NCBI GenBank assembly: GCA_045545475.1
Contig: JAZQAZ010000023.1
Location: forward strand, 32,001 to 96,000
Origin: Clostridia bacterium
GTDB lineage: Bacteria; Bacillota; Clostridia; CAKSNL01; HGM11501
DNA length: 64,000 nucleotides
Direction of reading: 5' to 3'
Shown: positions 50,603-60,942 of the stretch, one piece after another
How the letters are laid out: each line of letters starts with the position of its first letter
How positions within the stretch are numbered: position 1 is the stretch's first letter
The notes under the pieces: model-generated
What the model saw: the letters and a program-made list of their open reading frames with translations, nothing else
What the model was told of the DNA's origin: nothing
Databases searched by the model: none
Made by a program: the position numbers and the translations under genes

Positions 50603-51434
50603 GAAGACCACCTATCTTGCCCTTCCTTATTTTGCCTGGGCTATTATCTTCACCGTATTGCCGCTTTTACTTGTTTTTATGTTTGCGGTATTTAAATATG
50701 ACGGCGAAGGCTATTATTTCACCACGGAATATCTTTCCCAGCTTGTCTCCGGCAAAGATGAAATCATAGCTTCTCTTATAAGAAGCTTAAAGCTTTCCGC
50801 AATTGCAACGGTTGTATGTCTCATTCTGGGCTATCCTCTTGCATACATTCTTGCAAACAGCAAGTCCAAATACAAAAGCCTTCTTACAACTCTTATAATT
50901 CTTCCCATGTGGATGAACTTTCTTGTAAGAACATATGCACTTTTGTCCCTTATGGAAAATTCCGGCCTTATAAATCAGTTTTTGGGCCTCTTCGGAATTG
51001 ACCGAATCCAGTTCCTCTATAAGGAAAGCTCTATAGCGGTGGGAATGATATACAACTATCTCCCCTTTATGGTTCTTCCCATCCATTCGGTTTTATCAAA
51101 AATGGATAACCGCCTTATCGAAGCGGCAGAGGATTTGGGTGCAAATAAGCTTAAAGTTTTCACAAAAGTAATTTTTCCATTAAGCCTGGGCGGAGTTATA
51201 AGCGGTATTGAAATGGTTTTCATTCCTTCAATCACAACCTTTGCTCTTTCCCAGATTCTAGGTGGAAGCAAAACTCTTTTAATCGGCGATATGATTGAAC
51301 GCCAGTTTTTAGAGTTTAATAACTGGGGATACGGCTCTCTTTTATCCGTAATCGTAATTGTTATTGTACTTCTTTGTATGTTCATAACAAGCAGATTCGG
51401 TTCTTCGGACAATGAAGGGGGGCTCTTGGGATGA
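50595..51434 (+). CDS. potB: Polyamine ABC permease PotB
   Basis: [31 protein letters not shown]. Confidence 0.9.
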   Translation: MSKKTTYLALPYFAWAIIFTVLPLLLVFMFAVFKYDGEGYYFTTEYLSQLVSGKDEIIASLIRSLKLSAIATVVCLILGYPLAYILANSKSKYKSLLTTLIILPMWMNFLVRTYALLSLMENSGLINQFLGLFGIDRIQFLYKESSIAVGMIYNYLPFMVLPIHSVLSKMDNRLIEAAEDLGANKLKVFTKVIFPLSLGGVISGIEMVFIPSITTFALSQILGGSKTLLIGDMIERQFLEFNNWGYGSLLSVIVIVIVLLCMFITSRFGSSDNEGGLLG

Positions 51435-52210
51435 AAGCATTAAAAAGATTATATGTCGCAGTCATTTATATTCTTTTATATGCACCGATTGCAATACTTA
51501 TTCTTTACTCGTTTAATGAAAACTCCAACAGAAGCAAATTTACCGGCTTTTCATTAAGATGGTATAAGGAGCTTTTTTCCGACAGCGAAATTTTATCGGC
51601 ACTTATTTATACCCTTCTCTGTGCCGTGCTGGCATCTCTCATTGCCACTGTTATCGGAACTATAACAGCAGTAGGAATAAATAAAATGAGACGTGGTCCG
51701 AAAAACACGCTGATGAATCTGGCACATATCCCGATGCTCAATCCCGAAATTGTAACAGGCGTATCATTGATGCTCCTTTTTGTGTTCATCAATCTGGAGC
51801 GTGGATTTTCCACCATGCTCCTTGCCCACATAACCTTTAACATTCCATATGTTATAATTTCAGTTTTGCCAAAGCTTCGCCAGATGAATCCTCATCTTTA
51901 TGAAGCGGCTCTGGATTTGGGGGCTCATCCCCTATATGCATTCATGAATGTGGTTATGCCCGAGATTAAAAGCGGCATTATAACAGGATTTTTGTTTTCA
52001 ATGACCATGAGTATAGATGACTTCGTAATAAGCTTCTTTACCACAGGTAACGGTGTACAAAATCTCTCAATTTATATATACAACGCTGCAAAGCGTGGTA
52101 TAAGCCCCAAGGTTAATGCACTATCGGCACTTATGTTTGCCGTTATGCTGGTTCTTTTGTTAATCGTAAACAGCCGTGATGATTCAAAGAAAGAACCCAT
52201 AAAAAAATAA
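51431..52210 (+). CDS. potC: Polyamine ABC permease PotC
   Basis: LYAPI...YSFN, FSLRWY, EAALDLGA, SIDDFVISFF. Confidence 0.9.
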   Translation: MKALKRLYVAVIYILLYAPIAILILYSFNENSNRSKFTGFSLRWYKELFSDSEILSALIYTLLCAVLASLIATVIGTITAVGINKMRRGPKNTLMNLAHIPMLNPEIVTGVSLMLLFVFINLERGFSTMLLAHITFNIPYVIISVLPKLRQMNPHLYEAALDLGAHPLYAFMNVVMPEIKSGIITGFLFSMTMSIDDFVISFFTTGNGVQNLSIYIYNAAKRGISPKVNALSALMFAVMLVLLLIVNSRDDSKKEPIKK

Positions 52211-52227
52211 AGAAAGGACTGACTATT

Positions 52228-52779
52228 ATGTCAAAAAAGAAAAACGCTCACATCGAAAGAAACACTCAGAAAAAGATGGAGAGACAGGCTCTTCATCAGA
52301 AACTTGAAAACTTCATTGTAAAACACACAGGTATCGCTTTAATACTTGCTGTTCTTTTCACAGTTTTCGGCAACTATAAAGATGTATTCACCAACGGAAT
52401 GCCCATTTTATTCAACATTTTAATCTGGGCAGGCGTTGCAGCTGTTTTGGTTTTCGCAATACTCGGTACAGTTAAGAAAAATCCCTCACTCTATAAATGG
52501 TGTGCAGTAGGTGCGGCAAATTCAGTACTTTGGTACATTTTCATGAACCTCGGCGCTAACTTCGGAGCATACACCTCCGGTGTTGCTCACTGCTATTATG
52601 CAATTGCACTTTATTTCCTTTTCTGCCTTGCTTTCTATTTTCTTGCATACTACGGTGCATGGAACAAAAAAGCTGTAAGAATAACATTTTACGTTCTTGC
52701 CGCAGTTTTTGCTCTCCTTTGGCTTACAAGTGCTTCCGTATTTTTATACAAGCAGGTAGCTCCCTATATTTTTAACTGA
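52228..52779 (+). CDS. Hypothetical multi-pass membrane protein
   Basis: Basic N-terminus then about 5 hydrophobic segments. Confidence 0.75.
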   Translation: MSKKKNAHIERNTQKKMERQALHQKLENFIVKHTGIALILAVLFTVFGNYKDVFTNGMPILFNILIWAGVAAVLVFAILGTVKKNPSLYKWCAVGAANSVLWYIFMNLGANFGAYTSGVAHCYYAIALYFLFCLAFYFLAYYGAWNKKAVRITFYVLAAVFALLWLTSASVFLYKQVAPYIFN

Positions 52780-52794
52780 AAAGAGGTTTAATTT

Positions 52795-54213
52795 ATGGAA
52801 GAAAATAAGAATTTAAATCCCGAAAACGGAGAGGAAAATGTTTCTCCCGTTTCCGAAACAGAAGAAATCACCGAAGAAGCCTCTGCAGAAGTGATTGAAG
52901 AAACAGAAGAAGAAATCGTTGAGGAAATTTCAGAGGAAGAAGCTTCCAAAGAAGAAGCAGCAGAAGAAGAAGAACCCAAAAAGAAAAAGAGCGGTTTAAT
53001 TGCCGCTATAATAGCATTGGTAGTTGCTGTTATAGCTATAATAGCCATTGTTTCAACATTCTTTTCTGGACACAACGGAACAGAAGGAACAGGCAACCTT
53101 TACGCTCATGGTTTTGCAACAATAAAAGGCGGAGAAGTTTTCCATGTTAACTTTGCCGACTATAAAATGTACAGAACTAATTTAAGAACAAAAGAAAGCA
53201 CTCTCGTTTCCGAGACAGATAATGTTGTATATATTACAAATTATAAAAACAACGTATATTATTTAAGCTATACTTTCACTGAAGATTCTCCCGAAACAGC
53301 TTACAGCTACAAAAAATACGTTGACGGAGAAAACGATATAGTTCTGTTCTCAGATGTCATCAGTTCTCCTCAGATTTCTGACGGCTATATCTATTATCTC
53401 AAGTCTTATGAGGACCTTTATTCAGGAAACTCCAGCCGTATATACAGAGCTAAGCTTCAGGAGGGTGCTACTCCCGAGCTTTGCTGCGATGTATTATGTG
53501 CATCCTTCCTTGTAGACGGTAAGGACCTTTATTACTGCGAAGGTCTTAATACATCTCTCATGAAAACCACTGTTTCCGCTGCAATGAAGGCTATCGCAGA
53601 AAATCCCCTCCCCGACGGAGAAACCCGTTCTTCAGCAGAGCTTGGTGCTGAAACAGTTATGTCTTCTGCAATCGTTGCTTGTCCCACTATCGTTGGTGAC
53701 ACACTTTACTATCTTGATTCCCTTAATCAGTATGAGCTTCGCCAGTTCAATCTTAAAACAGGTGAAGACAGTGCCTTTAATACAGGAATCTACGCAACAG
53801 CATTCAACATCTATGGCCACAGAATTTACTATCACAATCAGGCAGATTACTGCGTATACAGCATGAATTTTGACGGAAGCGACGTGGCAAAAATGACTGC
53901 TCCCAACTACGGACTTACAGCAATTTCTCACGACAAGTTCATGTCCATGGAATTTGCAGAAGACGGCACTCAGTATATTGCTGTATGTGACCTCGAAGGC
54001 AACAAAATTTTCGACATAACCTTCAAAGAACAGTATCACGAACTTTACTCTTTATACGAAGATGAATTCGGAACCGAAGAAGAAGCAACAGAGGATACAG
54101 AAACGACAGGGGAAGAATCTTCTGTAGAAACAACTGAAGAATCTTCTGAAGAAACCGCAGAGACCGAAGAATCAGAAGAATCCATAGAAACAATCGTTGA
54201 CATGGAAGAATAA
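52795..54213 (+). CDS. Single-pass membrane protein with DUF5050-like beta-propeller and acidic termini
   Basis: Glu-rich N-terminus, KKKK + TM, GN...G motif, repeated DGYIYYL/DLYY/TLYY/RIYY, SMNFDGS. Confidence 0.75.
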   Translation: MEENKNLNPENGEENVSPVSETEEITEEASAEVIEETEEEIVEEISEEEASKEEAAEEEEPKKKKSGLIAAIIALVVAVIAIIAIVSTFFSGHNGTEGTGNLYAHGFATIKGGEVFHVNFADYKMYRTNLRTKESTLVSETDNVVYITNYKNNVYYLSYTFTEDSPETAYSYKKYVDGENDIVLFSDVISSPQISDGYIYYLKSYEDLYSGNSSRIYRAKLQEGATPELCCDVLCASFLVDGKDLYYCEGLNTSLMKTTVSAAMKAIAENPLPDGETRSSAELGAETVMSSAIVACPTIVGDTLYYLDSLNQYELRQFNLKTGEDSAFNTGIYATAFNIYGHRIYYHNQADYCVYSMNFDGSDVAKMTAPNYGLTAISHDKFMSMEFAEDGTQYIAVCDLEGNKIFDITFKEQYHELYSLYEDEFGTEEEATEDTETTGEESSVETTEESSEETAETEESEESIETIVDMEE

Positions 54214-54219
54214 TACAGT

Positions 54220-54992
54220 AAAAAAATAAACCGCCGTTTCGGCGGGTACTCTTAAAACAGTTAATCGGTACACTACATTAACCTACTGTACCGATTCTTG
54301 ATTAAAATATAAGAGGAGGATAAAAGAAAATGTGGCTATTTGTTATTGGAATTGCATTTGTTGTATTTTGTATTATATTCACTCAGTGCGATGATGCTAT
54401 AAAAGAACAGAATAGCAGAGCTTTTGCGAATGCGAAATACAGGGAAAAGTATGGCTGTTCTCTGGAAGAAATGCGCGAAAAAGTAAAAAACTCCTCCAAT
54501 ATAAAAACAATCGCAGATAAAATTAAAGAAATTCATCCATGTGCGTTTTGTGTTAACTGGGCAGGAGTTTACGCACTCTATGGTGATTTGAGCAACCTTT
54601 CCGGCCGCCACTGGACACGCAATTCCAGCCCCTTGTTCCTTTTTTCCCACCTTGGTATCTCAGAAATTCCAGACTTCTGCCTTGATGAGTTTATGGTTGC
54701 GTTGGAAAAAGCGTTGGAGCTGCCCGACTTAGGAAAGAAATCGTTTATTCCGTACGAACTTACATATTATGATGACGGGCGTTGTTTCTTGCGGAAAGAC
54801 CTCCTTGAAGCACCAAAACCAAAACTCAAAGGCCAAGATTGGTAATTGCAAGATTGAAATTACTCCATCAAGAGTGCACTTCTATACATTGCATTCTGCC
54901 ATGTAGTGCGAATAATGATAAAAGCCAAGTTGCATCGTGCAGCTTGGCTTAACTGTTTTATGAACTCCGCCAAACGAACGGTTTATTTTTTT
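54220..54992. mobile_element. Putative non-autonomous cassette bounded by ~45-bp imperfect inverted repeats
   Basis: Left aaaaaaataaaccg-N7-ggcgg-N7-taaaacagttaa; right (reverse complement) aaaaaaataaaccg-N7-ggcgg-N6-taaaacagttaa; one orphan ORF inside, no transposase. Confidence 0.5.
54330..54845 (+). CDS. Orphan protein with N-terminal TM helix
   Basis: RBS AGAGGAGG; hydrophobic first ~18 aa; no recognised motif. Confidence 0.7.
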   Translation: MWLFVIGIAFVVFCIIFTQCDDAIKEQNSRAFANAKYREKYGCSLEEMREKVKNSSNIKTIADKIKEIHPCAFCVNWAGVYALYGDLSNLSGRHWTRNSSPLFLFSHLGISEIPDFCLDEFMVALEKALELPDLGKKSFIPYELTYYDDGRCFLRKDLLEAPKPKLKGQDW

Positions 54993-56379
54993 AAAGATTT
55001 CTAAAATTACAAAGCCTGTGGAACGTCGAATAATTTGCATTGTGATAATCGTTTGCACCGTTTATGGATGTTCTTGAAAGATAGATAAGGTCATCTCCAT
55101 CAAAAGCAAAGTCCACATACTGGAACCCCACTTTAGAAGGATCGTCGTGACGGTAATCAATTAGGTCGGCAACAATGGTCCAGTTATCAAGATCGCTTGA
55201 TTGTAAAAGTGCCAGATAGTTTCTTGCCCTAAGCTCATTTTCGTCGTATATGATGCTGGCAAGAGTATAATAATTTCCACTTACTTCATCACGCTTTATA
55301 ATGAACTTTGAACGGTTTCCGGGGAATTTAATTACTCTGTCAAATGAAACAGGTGCATCCGGATCATCTTCATTTACTTTATAACGCATAATGAGACCGT
55401 ATTTAGGCTCTGACGTTTCCATAAGCTCATAGCGCATAATTTCAGCAAGCTTGCCATCCGGAGTTTCTACTATGCATCCCTCTAAAACTCCGCCGTTTAC
55501 ACCCTTTGCCACACCTTCCCATTCTTCACTGATGGGACATGGCTCGGATATTGACCAGTTTTCAGAAACAAGTAAGTCATCATCCACCTTACAGCTTATA
55601 ATCATCGGAGAGTGACGGTATGGAAGGAATGACCAGGCACCCCAGTCACAGGTAAGATATATTCTTCCGTTATGAATAACTGTTGTCATAGGCGCCTTCT
55701 GAGTTCCCGCACCCGTCGGATCGGATGAGCCTCGGAGCAGCACTGTGGGAGTTTGCCATGTTTTTCCTCCGTCTGAAGATTTTCCGATGAGCAAATCACC
55801 GTATTCGGTGGAAGAGGCCATCATATAAACATCTCCGTTATGATAGAAAAGTTCTCCCCAATAGCAAGGCATAAGCTCTGAATAGTGATACCAGGTTTTC
55901 CCCTTGTCGTCGGAACGGAAAATGAGCGTCAAGTTCTGAGGCTGACCGGGAGCAAACAAATCCATCGATGCAAGATAGTAGCCTTCAGGATGAACAAGAA
56001 GCGAGGGCGAACATAAATAGCGTCCCGAAAAGCTATACGCTCTGTCCTCCGGATGAAGGTAATTAACTACTGTTCCTACGCTTTTCCCGCATCTTGCAAG
56101 GCGGATACGGCTCTTATTTTCTCCCGAAGTTACATAAAATTCATAGTCGGTTTCCGTTTTAAGTTTTTCAATATCAAAGTTCGTTTCGTCGGTCTCTCCC
56201 GCCTTTACAAACTCTTCTGTTCCTGATTCACGGTAATAGACAGAGTATGGAGCTTCTACTTCAAACCACTCAAAATGAATAGAGTTTTCATAGGGTACTA
56301 CCCTTGAAACATAGGGGCATCCCGTTTCAAACAAAAAGGGTTTATAGGGAGAATAGCTCCAGGTATTTATTCCTTTCAT
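54991..56379 (-). CDS. Sialidase-like (BNR/Asp-box) beta-propeller with N-terminal FN3-like domain
   Basis: Asp boxes SDDKGKTW, SSDGGKTW, SSDLDNW; LKTETDYEFYV (FN3-like); no signal peptide. Confidence 0.8.
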   Translation of the reverse strand: MKGINTWSYSPYKPFLFETGCPYVSRVVPYENSIHFEWFEVEAPYSVYYRESGTEEFVKAGETDETNFDIEKLKTETDYEFYVTSGENKSRIRLARCGKSVGTVVNYLHPEDRAYSFSGRYLCSPSLLVHPEGYYLASMDLFAPGQPQNLTLIFRSDDKGKTWYHYSELMPCYWGELFYHNGDVYMMASSTEYGDLLIGKSSDGGKTWQTPTVLLRGSSDPTGAGTQKAPMTTVIHNGRIYLTCDWGAWSFLPYRHSPMIISCKVDDDLLVSENWSISEPCPISEEWEGVAKGVNGGVLEGCIVETPDGKLAEIMRYELMETSEPKYGLIMRYKVNEDDPDAPVSFDRVIKFPGNRSKFIIKRDEVSGNYYTLASIIYDENELRARNYLALLQSSDLDNWTIVADLIDYRHDDPSKVGFQYVDFAFDGDDLIYLSRTSINGANDYHNANYSTFHRLCNFRNL

Positions 56380-56390
56380 AAATTGTCTCC

Positions 56391-57326
56391 TTAAAGTTTA
56401 TCTATATATGTCTTGCAAAGTGCCCTCATCTGAGAAACGCAGTCCTTTACATAGTCCGTCATTTCACAATCCTTGCGATTTCTTGCCGTAAGGACTGTTT
56501 CAAGACCCTCAAGGCACATATGATACTTTGCGGTAAGAGGGTATGGTAATCCGTTTTCAGTAAAACCGCAGGTGCCGATTAAATTTTGGATTTCCTCTGC
56601 CTTCTCGGGGACTTTTCTATAGTTTTCGCAAAGCCAGGCATAAAGCTCGGGATGGAAGTTTGCCATTATTCCGCAATATCCTGCCCCTCCATCTTTAAGA
56701 CTTTGAAGCAATGTCTGACAGTTTGCATTAAGTAAATTAAAGTGTGTACCCTTTATAATATCGAGACGTTCTTTTATCATTTTCGCATCACAGCAGGTAT
56801 CCTTCATATAATAAAATCTGTCAGTTTCTATACACCACTTAAGAATTTTTGGGGTAACAAGTCTTTTGTAAGGATGAGGACATTCGTAAAGTCCTAGGTT
56901 TACATCTTCGGGAAGCATGGATAAAAGCCTTTCGGCATTTTTAATCCATACATCATCCCCCTCATTATTTAAATCCAGACGGTTAGTTATTAAAATAAGA
57001 GCATCTGTACCGGTTTCGATAACTTTATTAAGCTCATATGCCTGATCCTCAATAGAATCTGCCACATGCCCTGAGGAAACTATTGTAAAGGCTTTTCCGC
57101 TCTTTTTCTTAAGTTCCTGCGCTTTTGCATAAACTCTTCTGTTAAGCTCTGCTCTTTCTTCAACAGTAAGATAAAAAATTTCACTGGACTGACAAATTGC
57201 AAAAATTCCCGCACAGCCCTTTTCAAAATACCATTCCACATACCTTTCCGCCATATCATAGTCAACGCTGCCATCCGCTTTATACGGTGTTATCATTGTA
57301 GGATATGCTCCAAATCTGTATTCCAT
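56391..57326 (-). CDS. DHDPS/N-acetylneuraminate lyase family aldolase
   Basis: PTMITPY, CQSSE, LYECP, Schiff-base Lys in YMKDT, GIMANFHP. Confidence 0.85.
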   Translation of the reverse strand: MEYRFGAYPTMITPYKADGSVDYDMAERYVEWYFEKGCAGIFAICQSSEIFYLTVEERAELNRRVYAKAQELKKKSGKAFTIVSSGHVADSIEDQAYELNKVIETGTDALILITNRLDLNNEGDDVWIKNAERLLSMLPEDVNLGLYECPHPYKRLVTPKILKWCIETDRFYYMKDTCCDAKMIKERLDIIKGTHFNLLNANCQTLLQSLKDGGAGYCGIMANFHPELYAWLCENYRKVPEKAEEIQNLIGTCGFTENGLPYPLTAKYHMCLEGLETVLTARNRKDCEMTDYVKDCVSQMRALCKTYIDKL

Positions 57327-57353
57327 ATAATCACTCCTTTATCTTATATCATC

Positions 57354-57419
57354 ATAATACTACCAATTTTGATTTTTTCAATATAAAACAGGGACATTTT
57401 TTTATGAAACCGAGACATT
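57354..57419 (-). promoter_or_regulatory. Putative AraC-dependent promoter of aldolase-sialidase operon
   Basis: TTGAAA-16-TATTAT plus GACATT direct repeats spaced 21 bp (57393, 57414) just upstream of the -35. Confidence 0.45.
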
Positions 57420-57484
57420 AATTATTGACTTAGGATGAAATCTATTGTAAAATATTTTCAATGCTTTCCAAAGGAGAAGTTTTT

Positions 57485-58366
57485 ATGCCTTTAAAAAACA
57501 GCACAAAGACTACCAGGCAACGGCTGAACAAGCTTTTTATCCCGGATATAACAGAGCCATATCATATAAAAGTACATTGGATACGTGCCGTTTTTCCGCC
57601 GGATGGTCTGGTCACTATAAGTAATGAACTGCATATCCATACCTTTTTTGAGCTTCATTTAATTACAGATGGAGAATTTCACTACCGCTCTGAAAATAAC
57701 CGGTTGTATACCATCAGCAGAGGAAGTGGCTTGTTAATTCCTGCCGAAAAAAGTCATATGCTGGAGAAATACAGCGAAACAGCATGTAAAATTTCAGTGG
57801 CGTTCTCCCCTGATAAAGGTTCTTTTTTATATAAAAAGCTTAAGGAAAGCGGTATTTTTTCCTTTGCCGTTTCAGATTCTATGCTTTCTATACTTTCTTT
57901 CATAATTAATGAAGGCGAGATAAACAGCATTTCCTCACCATATCTTATAAGGAACAGGATATTTGAACTGATTTGTCTCATCCAACGCACTATGGGCATG
58001 GAAGAGGAAAACGGAAAACCGCATAATGAGACGGAGGACCGTCGCATCACTGCCGCAAAGCTTTTCATAAAAAGCAATAGTCAAAGACTGCTTACCTGCA
58101 ACGAAGTCGCATCCTTCTGCGGCCTTAGCACCAAGCAGACAGAAAGACTTTTTTTCGCATCCACCGGACGCCATTTATCAGAATATATTAAAAGCATGCG
58201 TCTTTCAGAGGCTGAACGGTTGCTCTCGGAAACAAGAATGCCTATAAAAGAAGTCAGCGAAGCACTGGGCTTTTCCAATGTGTATAATTTCACTAATTTT
58301 TTCACTAAAAGGGCCGGAATCACACCCGGAGCCTACAGGAAATCTGATATGAGGAAGGAAAATTGA
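57485..58366 (+). CDS. AraC family transcriptional regulator
   Basis: HIHTFFELH cupin; IKEVSEALGFSNVYNFTNFFTKRAGITPGAYR. Confidence 0.95.
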   Translation: MPLKNSTKTTRQRLNKLFIPDITEPYHIKVHWIRAVFPPDGLVTISNELHIHTFFELHLITDGEFHYRSENNRLYTISRGSGLLIPAEKSHMLEKYSETACKISVAFSPDKGSFLYKKLKESGIFSFAVSDSMLSILSFIINEGEINSISSPYLIRNRIFELICLIQRTMGMEEENGKPHNETEDRRITAAKLFIKSNSQRLLTCNEVASFCGLSTKQTERLFFASTGRHLSEYIKSMRLSEAERLLSETRMPIKEVSEALGFSNVYNFTNFFTKRAGITPGAYRKSDMRKEN

Positions 58367-58368
58367 TT

Positions 58369-59256
58369 ATGTCAACATACCATATACTCTACAATCCAAT
58401 GGCCGCCAGTGGCGAAGGAATGAAAAAAGCTGAATCCTTAAGACAAACATTAAGCGGAAATCTTGCTTTTCACGATATAACAACCCTTGACGTAAATGAT
58501 TTTATTTCTTCAACTATGCCTGACGATAAAATTGTTGTTTCCGGCGGAGACGGAACAATAAGCCGATTTGTCAACGATATTTACGGAAATCCCCCTGAAA
58601 GAGAGTTGTTTTACCACGCTTCCGGCAGTGGCAACGATTTTGCCAAGGATATAAATCTTTCAAAAGCTTCCTTGACATCTCTTACCCCGTATCTTAAAAA
58701 CCTTCCCACCGTATTTGTAAAGGGTAAAAAGCACAAATTCTTAAACGGAATAGGCTACGGCATTGACGGCTATTGCTGTGAAGTCGGCGAAAAACTCCGA
58801 GAGAAAGGGAAAAAAATAAACTATACCACAATTGCGATAAAAGGCCTTCTGTTCTTCTTTAAGCGTACAAATGCAACCATTACGGTGGACGGTGTAACAA
58901 AAAGCTATAAAAACGTATGGATGATACCCACAATGTTCGGCCGTTATTATGGCGGAGGTATGATGGCCTGCCCCCTGCAGTCCAGAGAAAATGAGTATGG
59001 TTCCTTATCCGTTATGGCCGTTCATTCAAAAAGCAAACTCAAATTGCTATATATCTTCCCTAAAATTTTCACAGGCAAACATATAAAATTCAAAAGCGTT
59101 ATAGATACCCTGACTGGCCATGAAATAACCGTTTCTTTTGACAAACCCACCGCTCTTCAGATTGACGGTGAAGCCGTAACAGAGGTGCTTTCATATACGG
59201 TTAAATCAGCAAAAGTACTTAATGCAGAAAAATCGGAAGTGAAGGAGACGGTTTAA
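58369..59256 (+). CDS. Diacylglycerol kinase family lipid kinase
   Basis: YNP, GGDGT, GSGNDF, FLNGIG, YYGGG, QIDGE. Confidence 0.92.
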   Translation: MSTYHILYNPMAASGEGMKKAESLRQTLSGNLAFHDITTLDVNDFISSTMPDDKIVVSGGDGTISRFVNDIYGNPPERELFYHASGSGNDFAKDINLSKASLTSLTPYLKNLPTVFVKGKKHKFLNGIGYGIDGYCCEVGEKLREKGKKINYTTIAIKGLLFFFKRTNATITVDGVTKSYKNVWMIPTMFGRYYGGGMMACPLQSRENEYGSLSVMAVHSKSKLKLLYIFPKIFTGKHIKFKSVIDTLTGHEITVSFDKPTALQIDGEAVTEVLSYTVKSAKVLNAEKSEVKETV

Positions 59257-60242
59257 TGTTTGGAAGAATCAATGCAAAGGAATACGGTTTTGCAGGAGAC
59301 GGTATTACCAGAAACGACGCCGTAATGAAAAAGTATATTGAAAAAGACTATACCACTCCCATCTTTTTCCCGACAGGAATTTATGTATTCTCAGAAGGCT
59401 TCAATTTCCCCGACCAGTGCTATATTGAGCTTGAGGCCAATGCCGAGCTTAAGCTGGACAGCGACGAAATTCAGGAATATTTCATAACACTCCGCCGTGG
59501 CAGAACAGGCGGAGGCTATACCTTTAACTCCTTTATCAGAGGTGGCTTTATAAATGCCAATAACAAAGCAAAAAACGGCATCGGAGTTTATAAAACAAGA
59601 CACTGCGTTTTCGAGAATTTTATCTTAAAGAATGTTCTTGAAAAGGGAATTGTCACAAGAACGGAGAAAATTCCGGACGGACACGCATTTTTCAGAAACA
59701 TCCTGGTTGAAAACGATTTCGGATTAAAAGGAACCATCGGAGTTTTCGACAATTCCTTTGACACCCACTTCGAAGAGGTTGAAGTGGTAAACTTTGAAAC
59801 CGGCTTTTACACCATATGCGGAAGATTCTGCCGTTGCTCTGCGTGGCTCCGCGACAATTCCATAATGGAAAATTCAACCTTTGCATTTATTGACGGCTAT
59901 GACATCATATTTGAATCTCCTGCCGTTGATACTTACCGCTACGGCTTTAAGATTGACCGTCCCGGCTACAGCGTGGGAATTTCCAATATGCTCTGGATAA
60001 CAAACGGCGGCGTTTACACAAAAGAGCTCAGGGATAAATTTGACGCCACAATTTTCAACGCCTCAAGCGACGAATGTATTTACAACGTATGCGGACTTAA
60101 GATAAATTACGAGGAAAACTTAAGCTTTTCCAACATTCCCCTTCCCTCCTCGTCTTTCCTTAATCTCCGCTATCCCAAAACCTTTGATCCGCACGGGGAA
60201 TATAAGCACTTCAGAGATGATAACGAAAATTTGAAAAAGTAA
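59256..60242 (+). CDS. Pectate-lyase-like right-handed beta-helix protein
   Basis: INAKEYGFAGDGITRND...IFFPTGIY N-terminal motif; beta-helix-like repeats; no signal peptide. Confidence 0.65.
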   Translation: MFGRINAKEYGFAGDGITRNDAVMKKYIEKDYTTPIFFPTGIYVFSEGFNFPDQCYIELEANAELKLDSDEIQEYFITLRRGRTGGGYTFNSFIRGGFINANNKAKNGIGVYKTRHCVFENFILKNVLEKGIVTRTEKIPDGHAFFRNILVENDFGLKGTIGVFDNSFDTHFEEVEVVNFETGFYTICGRFCRCSAWLRDNSIMENSTFAFIDGYDIIFESPAVDTYRYGFKIDRPGYSVGISNMLWITNGGVYTKELRDKFDATIFNASSDECIYNVCGLKINYEENLSFSNIPLPSSSFLNLRYPKTFDPHGEYKHFRDDNENLKK

Positions 60243-60244
60243 TT

Positions 60245-60283
60245 AAAAGGACTATGTGAGCCTAAGCTCACATAGTCCTTTTT
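60245..60283. terminator. Bidirectional terminator
   Basis: aaaaggactatgtgagc-ctaa-gctcacatagtcctttt. Confidence 0.9.
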
Positions 60284-60927
60284 CACAGTATCTGTTTTAA
60301 TTCTTCCGCTATTTTTTTATGTATTTCTCCGTTTTCGCCTTTTGCTCTGCTTTCCTCATAACGGATAAGCCTAAGTGCATATTCAGAAAAATATTCACCT
60401 TTTTTATTTATTATAACCGGACCTGCCACCATTTCCAGAGGCGTGTATTCTGCCTTTCCCGGCACGGCCTTTATTATAGCATAAATTCTCCCCATATCGG
60501 AAACCAGGATTTCATCTTCTATCTTAAGTCCGAGACACATAAGCGTTTCCCGAAGCGTATCTGCCTTACTCATAGGCTGCAGAATAAAACACTTAATTTT
60601 TGATATATCGTCTTTTTCAAGAATATAGGAAATGACATCCCCGCCAAGTCCTGCTATTATAACGGTTTCCACCTTATCGTGGGCAAAGGAAAGTCCGTCG
60701 GAAAGCACGGGGATAACTTTATCCCCACATCCGAATCTTTCTATGTTTTCCTTCGCAGTAAGCAGCGGTGATTCATTTATATCGCAGGCGTAAATTTTTT
60801 CAGCCAGGCCTTCACGGGCAAGATAAATCGACAAAAGTCCATGATCTGCTCCGATATCCGCCGCCGTTTCCGACTTTGGAAACAGAGAGGCTATTGCTTT
60901 CATTCTTTCAGTAAAATGTATTTTCAT
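60283..60927 (-). CDS. trmK: tRNA (adenine22-N1)-methyltransferase TrmK
   Basis: ADIGADHGLL, SDGL, IAGLGG, ILQPM; dnaG-sigA-trmK synteny; start trimmed to MKIHFTER after AGGTG. Confidence 0.9.
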   Translation of the reverse strand: MKIHFTERMKAIASLFPKSETAADIGADHGLLSIYLAREGLAEKIYACDINESPLLTAKENIERFGCGDKVIPVLSDGLSFAHDKVETVIIAGLGGDVISYILEKDDISKIKCFILQPMSKADTLRETLMCLGLKIEDEILVSDMGRIYAIIKAVPGKAEYTPLEMVAGPVIINKKGEYFSEYALRLIRYEESRAKGENGEIHKKIAEELKQIL

Positions 60928-60942
60928 AAAATCACCTATATA

